Assembly: GCA_039208735.1 (NCBI GenBank)
Contig: JBCCQY010000168.1
Span: 1 to 21,150 of the forward strand
DNA from: Myxococcota bacterium
Lineage (GTDB): Bacteria; Myxococcota_A; UBA796; GCA-2862545
Direction: 5' to 3'
DNA length: 21,150 nucleotides
Shown: positions 18,471 through 21,150 of the stretch, in pieces
Layout: every line of letters begins with the position of its first letter
Position numbering within the stretch: the first letter of the stretch is position 1
The notes under the pieces: generated by a model
The model's input: the letters and a program-made list of their open reading frames with translations, nothing else
Told to the model about the DNA's origin: nothing
Database searches by the model: none
Translations under genes and position numbers: made by a program

Positions 18471-19856
18471 ATGACGGCATCGGCATTAGGGTTCCTACCA
18501 TATCTCACGGTTCTAAGCTTACAGCCCGTTTCACAAGCTGTAGCGAGTAGCGCAGGCACAGTAGGGCCCGGCGGAGGAGGGGTAAGCCATCCCAGCGATG
18601 ACGCGACGGAAGACCCCGGTAACACAGACACTCCACATGGCTCAGATGACCTGAATAATCAGGCATATGATGGCGGCGCCCTCAACCCCAACCCAGATAA
18701 TGGACGACAGGCCAGTGACTCCTCTTACTGCCCAATGGGTTGGATTTGGTTCGCGGGAGAGTGTAAGGACTCGCTCTTCTTCTACGAGCAACTGGGGTTC
18801 GAAGAAAGATCAGTCCAGTACTACCAAGTTTATGGTTTCGTGCCTGGCGCATCGGCAACCTACGCGGCCCTGGAGGCATGGGAGTCACTTGCGCCTGGCG
18901 CCGTGTTGTACGTCGAGCAGAAAGACGGCAGCCAAAGCTGGTTGCGAATTGCCGACGTTAATGGCGAACCAGTTATCGTGCGGTCAGAGGAGCTTCGAAC
19001 GAACTATTACGGTGGCTGGTCTCTGATCACCAAGGCAAACTACAACCTTCCAAACCACGAAATTTGGTCGGAGCACACCGAAGACATCAGGACCTCAGTT
19101 GATGATGGGATGACTTCCCATACATACGGTCCCCAATCGATGTGGATCTCGGGAGTAGAGCCGAGTTGGTGGGAAACGAGGGGGGAGTCAGGCCAACGAT
19201 GGTTCACGACTGGCACCGATCATGAAGGAGCCAACGTTGCCATTGCATCTTCCACCGGCGAGGACGCCTGTGAACCTTATGGGGATCGAGTCCGCATCGA
19301 ATTTCTCAGACAATGCGGGTCAGTGCGAGTTGAAATGCTTGATGAAATGGCGGATGATTTGCAGCGCTATACCGAAACGGGAATAACATGGACCGGGATA
19401 GCACTAACCTTCGCCGCAATTGCGATCATCGCGACTCCCGCCGGCCCAGCCATCGCGGCCGCTTCCCTGTACCTTGCCTTGGGTGGGGCGGCCGCAACAG
19501 GATTTGCGTTTGCTCAGGCCCAGCAGAGCCAAGCCATGTCAAACTTTCAAGCTGAAGGCCAAGCCTACTGCGAAACCGAAGCTGCTGATAGAGGGAACGA
19601 GGCGGCTACCAACTGCGTAGTGCAAGTCAGACGCGCGAACGAAGAAGGTGTCGTGGAATTGTTCATGACCGAACCCCCGATGGACGACGGAGAGTGCCCG
19701 CCAGGCTCGAATCTGGAACCCGCCGGCACGATGATCACGTCATGTCAACACGCGGAGGTCATCGTTCACACGGGAGAAGATGACCGGTACTCCCAGTCGA
19801 AATACTGCATTAACATCACACTGAATCGCCCGACCTGTGTTCGAAGGATTATGTAA
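18471..19856 (+). CDS. Hypothetical, probably secreted Cys-rich protein (461 aa) with a central hydrophobic helical hairpin
   Basis: Long ORF in lower-GC DNA with GGAAGG before ATG 18471. Signal-like N-terminus, acidic Gly/Pro/Asp linker, CPMGWIWFAGEC motif, 10 Cys, and the hydrophobic segment GIALTFAAIAIIATPAGPAIAAASLYLALGGAAATGFAFA. Confidence 0.8.
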   Translation: MTASALGFLPYLTVLSLQPVSQAVASSAGTVGPGGGGVSHPSDDATEDPGNTDTPHGSDDLNNQAYDGGALNPNPDNGRQASDSSYCPMGWIWFAGECKDSLFFYEQLGFEERSVQYYQVYGFVPGASATYAALEAWESLAPGAVLYVEQKDGSQSWLRIADVNGEPVIVRSEELRTNYYGGWSLITKANYNLPNHEIWSEHTEDIRTSVDDGMTSHTYGPQSMWISGVEPSWWETRGESGQRWFTTGTDHEGANVAIASSTGEDACEPYGDRVRIEFLRQCGSVRVEMLDEMADDLQRYTETGITWTGIALTFAAIAIIATPAGPAIAAASLYLALGGAAATGFAFAQAQQSQAMSNFQAEGQAYCETEAADRGNEAATNCVVQVRRANEEGVVELFMTEPPMDDGECPPGSNLEPAGTMITSCQHAEVIVHTGEDDRYSQSKYCINITLNRPTCVRRIM

Positions 19857-20548
19857 TGCCAAGGCTAGATATAGCCATTCTTGCTTCCCTGATCATAGCC
19901 TCGAGTTCAGCGTGTAGCAGAAGCTCGTCAGGTCCAGAGCATGACGCCGAATGTTCTACCTACGTTCGTGGCGGAAGGCGTGGGGTTCGAGTCGACTCCT
20001 CATCGGATTTACAGTGCACGGAGGTGGTCGAGGGCAACCTCTCGATTATCACAAAAGAAAAGGTGTCATTACCCAAGCTGCGAGAAATCCGTGGGAGCCT
20101 CATCATCGGCCGTGGCAGCCCTCCGAGCGTATCCCTTCCTGCCCTGACGACGATTACGGAAGGGCTGTCCGTCTACCAGAGCGCGTTAGCATCATTTGAC
20201 GCAGGTAAGCTTCGGAATGTCGGCACCGATCTGGGGGTAGAGCGTAATGAGCATTTGACTGATCTGAACTTGCCATCACTAGAAACCACGGGCCTGTGGC
20301 TATCCGTCAGATCGAATCCCAAACTACGCCAGTTTAAACTTCCGAAATTACGTGTTGTAGGTGGAAGGTTTCAAGTTTTCGACAATCCGTCGGCTGAAAC
20401 CTACAGCTTTCCTGAGCTTTACCTCGTGAAGATGCCGTTCACTATGGACGCGATTCAGTGCGATGACCCGCTGATAACCCGGTTGGCGGAGGCGAATCCC
20501 AGCTTGGACATCACCGTTTCAGGAGGGAACTGTGGTTCCATGCCGTAG
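19856..20548 (+). CDS. Putative lipoprotein with Receptor-L-domain/Ecm33-like leucine-rich repeats (230 aa)
   Basis: Signal MPRLDIAILASLIIASSSAC (non-canonical lipobox), cap CTEVVEGNLSI and ~22-aa repeats (VSLPKLREIRGSL, VSLPALTTITEGL, LNLPSLETTG, FKLPKLRVVGG, YSFPEL). TAATG overlap with the upstream stop and an AAGGA RBS. Confidence 0.82.
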   Translation: MPRLDIAILASLIIASSSACSRSSSGPEHDAECSTYVRGGRRGVRVDSSSDLQCTEVVEGNLSIITKEKVSLPKLREIRGSLIIGRGSPPSVSLPALTTITEGLSVYQSALASFDAGKLRNVGTDLGVERNEHLTDLNLPSLETTGLWLSVRSNPKLRQFKLPKLRVVGGRFQVFDNPSAETYSFPELYLVKMPFTMDAIQCDDPLITRLAEANPSLDITVSGGNCGSMP

Positions 20549-20634
20549 CACGGCGGCGGCGAGGCGCTTCATCTCTTCGTAGTTACAGCCTACAGGCAAT
20601 ACGAGTTAGTGATGGTCTGCACGGAGCCCTAGGA

Positions 20635-21053
20635 ATGGATGATGAGTTGCTCGCTGACCTTCCAGATGCGCTCGTGGTCCAGTGGTCCCATACGTCACTT
20701 GTGTTGAAGCACAAAGGAAGTAGCGAACAACGCAAGCTCGTGGGTTGGTGGCTGGCACTCGCATCCCTTCCAGCCCTATTGCCGATTCTCGCCGGCAGAA
20801 TCAAGGATGTTGCTTCTATTACGGAGCTGCTTGCTGTTTGGGCGCTGGGCCTCGGCATTTACGCCGTGTCGATGGCCTTCCAGGCAAAACGGGAGGTCCA
20901 GGTGACGGCGAAGTCTATCGAAATGCACCGGAGTTGGACAAAACCCGTAGCCCTTGAGGAGGTTCGGTCGGTTCGAGCGCTCGGCTCTTGGGGACTCGAG
21001 TTCACCATGGAGAACGGCCGAATACGCCGTTTAGTACTTGGGGGTTGGCCTTG
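20635..21053 (+). pseudogene. Two-TM membrane protein with a possible PH-like C-terminal part, interrupted after ~139 codons by a group II intron fragment
   Basis: Manual translation: MDDELLADLPDALVVQWSHTSLVLKH...LVGWWLALASLPALLPILAG...LLAVWALGLGIYAVSMAFQAKREVQVTAKSIEMHRSWTKPVALEEVRSVR...LEFTMENGRIRRLVLGGWP, with a GGAG RBS. The frame stays open to the window edge but reads through intron-derived sequence from 21054. Confidence 0.65.
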
Positions 21054-21125
21054 GTCGGGTAGACCGCCGGGTCACTCCGACGGCCCCCCACAGATCCGGA
21101 CGTGCAGATTTCCCGCATCCGGACG
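21054..21125 (-). mobile_element. Group II intron 3' end (domains V and VI), antisense to the host ORF
   Basis: Minus strand reads CGTCCGGATGCGGGAAATCTGCACGTCCGGATC-TGT-GGGGGGCCGTCGGAGTGACCCGGCGGTCTACCCGAC. This gives a DV-type stem with GAAA loop and AC bulge, a fully paired DVI stem with a bulged A (21060), and a terminal AC. Confidence 0.88.
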
Positions 21126-21150
21126 TCACTACACTTCTGTCAAGAAGATC

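Noticed and set aside
20549..20634. Integron attC site between island genes
   Set aside because: An imperfect hairpin (TCGTA...GCCT-AC-AGGC...TACGA) is present, but there is no RYYYAAC/GTTRRRY pair.
1..21150. CRISPR array, tRNA, rRNA or transposase
   Set aside because: No regularly spaced repeat-spacer units, cloverleaf or rRNA signatures, or transposase ORFs were recognised by eye.

Overview
High-GC bacterial chromosome segment (one hand-counted core line is ~70% GC). Gene content and style, such as a large Ser/Thr kinase-STAND protein and a GAF sigma-54 activator, suggest a Myxococcota/deltaproteobacterial lineage, but this is inference. Bases 1-~17,980 are mostly housekeeping or metabolic: the 5' part of a class II (B12) ribonucleotide reductase nrdJ with tandem NrdR boxes and a phased array of DnaA-box-like 9-mers, a small coiled-coil ORF, a Tat-exported sulfatase, a minus-strand run (cobB-like sirtuin, aldehyde dehydrogenase, CapA-family lipoprotein, beta-propeller protein, stand-alone rpsR), yidD coupled to a NifA-like activator, a Ser/Thr kinase, hrpB and an SGNH-like membrane-anchored protein. 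From ~18,000 to the end GC drops (two hand-counted lines are ~50-53%) and the region looks accessory. It holds the best novelty candidate: a probably secreted 461-aa protein with an exactly symmetric twin-CX14C motif bracketing a hydrophobic hairpin, translationally coupled to a Receptor-L-domain/LRR-like putative lipoprotein (possible toxin/translocator plus immunity pair). A decayed copy of that lipoprotein gene may lie upstream. Downstream, a membrane-protein gene is interrupted by the antisense 3' end (domains V-VI) of a group II intron whose catalytic triad is altered.
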